64,000 nucleotides of DNA from NCBI GenBank assembly GCA_024679065.1, contig JAGIQG010000040.1:8866001-8930000 (forward strand), in the 5' to 3' direction. The notes under the pieces are model-generated. The model was not told the origin of the DNA and searched no databases. It worked only from the letters and a program-made list of their open reading frames with translations. Every line of letters starts with the position of its first letter. Position 1 is the stretch's first letter. The position numbers and the translations under genes were made by a program. Shown here in pieces: positions 61,433-64,000 of this stretch. This stretch comes from Sphyrna mokarran. Lineage: Eukaryota.

Positions 61433-64000
61433 AGAGTGTGTATTGAAGGTGGTGTGTGACACTGTGTGAGGGAGAATGAATGCGGATGAGTGGTTGTGTG
61501 AGAGTGAGTGAGTGAAGGTGTTTGAGAGAGGATGAGTGATTGAGGATCTGTGAGTTAGGGTACGTGATGTTGAGTGATGGTGAGTATGTGAGGGTATGTG
61601 AGTGAATGTAAGTGCGTGAGTCTGAGTGAGTTTGAATGGGTCATGAGATGTAAGTGAGGGAGGGAGGGGTCATTGAGGGTCACAATGTGTGGGGGTGTGT
61701 CTGGCTGAGTGAGTGTGGGTAGGTGAGTGAGTGAGAGTGGCAATGATTGAGACTAGATGAGGGAGGGTGGGTAATTGAGTGAGGTTGGGTGAATGGGGTG
61801 AGTGATTGAAGTGAGTGAGACTGGATGAGTGAGGGTGCGTCAGTGAGGTGAGTGAATGAGGATGATTGAATGGCGTGAGTGAGTGAGGATGAATGAGAGT
61901 GACTGAGTGAGACTGGGTGAGTGAGGGTGGGTTAGTGTGATGAGTGAATGAAGGTGAGTGTGAATGTTGGTGACTGACTGAGGTTCTAAGTCAGTGAATG
62001 AGATTTAGTGAGTGAGGTTGAATGAGTGATGGTGTGTGAGTGTGGGTGGCTGAGTGACAGTGATTGATTGAGGGCGAGTGAGTGAGAGAGTGTGAGGGGG
62101 AGTGAATGTGAATGAGTGATTGTGTGAGTGAGTGACTGGATGAGAGTGAGTGAATGGAGGTGAATGAGCAAATGTGTGAGTAAGTGAGGGTGGGAGGATA
62201 AGTGAATCAGGTTGTGTGATTGATGTTGAACGAGTGAAGTTGAATGAGGGTGTGTGAGTGAGTGAGGTTAAGTGAGTGAGGATGAATGAGAGTGAGTGAC
62301 CAAATATGAGTGAATGATTGTCACTGAGTGAGTGTGTGAGGATGAGTGAGGGAAATTGTCGTGTGTAAGTGAGGATTAGTAAGGGAAGTTCTTTGAGTGA
62401 GGATGAGAGATTGAGGATGAGTAACTGTGGGTGAGGGTGAGAGAGTCAGTGAGCTACTTCCTCCTCTTTCTCTCCATCGATCTTTTCCCGATTCTCTACA
62501 TTGATCAGCTTTCAGTAACAGGGCTGTGTAAAGTCAGGAATCAGTGTAGATCACCGGGCATCTGCTTTAATGTCAGTGCCTTTCTTTAAGAAACACGGAT
62601 CAGTGAACAAATAGACAGACTGAGGGAGCTGGAAGGGAAGCTTACAGCAAAACTAGTGTCACACAGGAATCAAACACCAAGTCTACTCCATTATTGGGGA
62701 GCCAGACGGACTTTGTCCCAGCCAGATCTCTTCATATTTATTGCGTCTTTCTGTCCAGTGCAACGCATGGAAATTCCTACTTCTGATCTCATGTTGGATG
62801 AAATGTGTCATTGATGAAGCAATAAAAGATTGTAGGTTCCAGAACAGTCCCCTGCCAAACTCCTTCAATGATATCTCAACTTAGACGTTTAACCTCCAAC
62901 AACCATTACCATCTTGCCTTGTGCTATATATGCCTCCAATGAGAGAAGATTTTCCCGCCAGAACTTATTTGCTTAAGTTTTACTCAGGTTCCTCGATCTC
63001 ACTCTCATTCAAATGCTCCTGGTTCCTTCCACAGTCCACAAATGTTCAGGTTCAGTGGATTGGCCATGCTAAATTGCCCCTTAGTTTCAGAGGGACTAGT
63101 TAGAGTAAATATATTGGTTATGGGGAATGGGCTTTTGTGAGATTGTTGTCAATGCAGACTCGATGAGCTGAATGGCCTCCATCTGCATTGTAGGATCCTG
63201 TGATTCTATTCTATGAAGTCAACGACATTTACTCTGGCGTATGTGAATGGAAAGTGTGTAAGAAGGTGTTTATGTGTGTGTGTGTGTCTGTCTGTGTTTC
63301 TGTGTGTGATACAGAAAGATGGTGAATGTGTGCATGTGGGGTACAACATGCCTATTGGAAAGCAAGATAATATGTTCATGAGTGTGTGAAAGTATGCATG
63401 GGATTGTGTGTGAGTGAGAAAGGTGTGTGGAATGTGTACAATGTGTTTGAGTTGTAAGAGTGAGTGAGAATGCATGTGCGAGTTTGGGCTTATGTGACAG
63501 ACTGGCTGTGTGGAAGAGTGTGTGTTCGAGAGTGCGCATGGGTCTAAGTTTGTGAAGAGTGTTTGTGAGCGAGCTAGTACGTGAGAGCAAAAAATGTGCG
63601 AGATAGTGTGTGCAAGAGAGAAATATATGCGTACGTGTGAAATAGAGAGAATGAGAGAGATGCATGTGCAAGAGGAATTGTGAGAGAGTGTGTGTGAATA
63701 AGTGTGAGACAACAGATTGTGACAGAGTGTGGGAGAGAGAATGTGTGTGCGAGAGCGCGAGACCGTGCTTGTGTGTGTGTGTGTGTGTGTGTGTGCATGT
63801 GTCTGCGTGTAAGAGAGAACGTGTTTGGGGGTATGTGCATGTGAGTGTTTTGTGTACGAAGGTCTGAAAGACTGACTAAGAGAGCGAGAGTATGTATGTA
63901 TCTGTATTTGAGAGAGTGTATACAGACTGTGAAAGAAAGAGAATGTTGTGAGAAATATAGAATGAAAAAGAAAGTAAGTGTGCGTACATATGTGTGCATG

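Larger units (their letters stand above)
43647..64000 (-). repeat. Right arm of the inverted segmental duplication (continues past the window end)
   Basis: Reverse complement of 13422-37520, apart from arm-specific insertions and deletions. Confidence 0.96.

Noticed and set aside
43647-64000. Inverted arm as an assembly fold-back artefact
   Set aside because: The arms differ by many substitutions, private frameshifts and private retrotransposon insertions with clean empty sites.

Overview
Cartilaginous-fish (shark-type) genomic DNA, not prokaryotic. The left part holds a germline IgM heavy-chain cluster on the + strand: leader, VH, D1, D2, JH (6.9-8.6 kb), then Cmu1-Cmu4/secretory tail, TM1 and TM2 (17.8-27.2 kb). 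A two-exon GPR139/142-like class A GPCR gene follows on the - strand (33.4-35.5 kb). The block ~13.4-37.5 kb recurs in inverted orientation at ~43.6-64 kb and runs off the window end. This gives a second Cmu gene (- strand, V-D-D-J outside the window) and a second GPCR. The ~6 kb spacer holds tRNA-Phe/tRNA-Val genes, a 2.7 kb CR1 LINE and a C2H2 zinc-finger pseudogene. The left IgM copy has a frameshifted leader, a broken D2 5' RSS and a frameshifted Cmu1. The right copy has a frameshifted Cmu2 only, among the exons visible. The left GPCR is intact, while the right one has lost its ECL2 cysteine and is frameshifted after TM7. The remainder is mostly CR1-clade LINE fragments, V-SINE fragments, Penelope-like remnants and low-complexity DNA. 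Exon and RSS coordinates were counted by hand; repeat boundaries are approximate.
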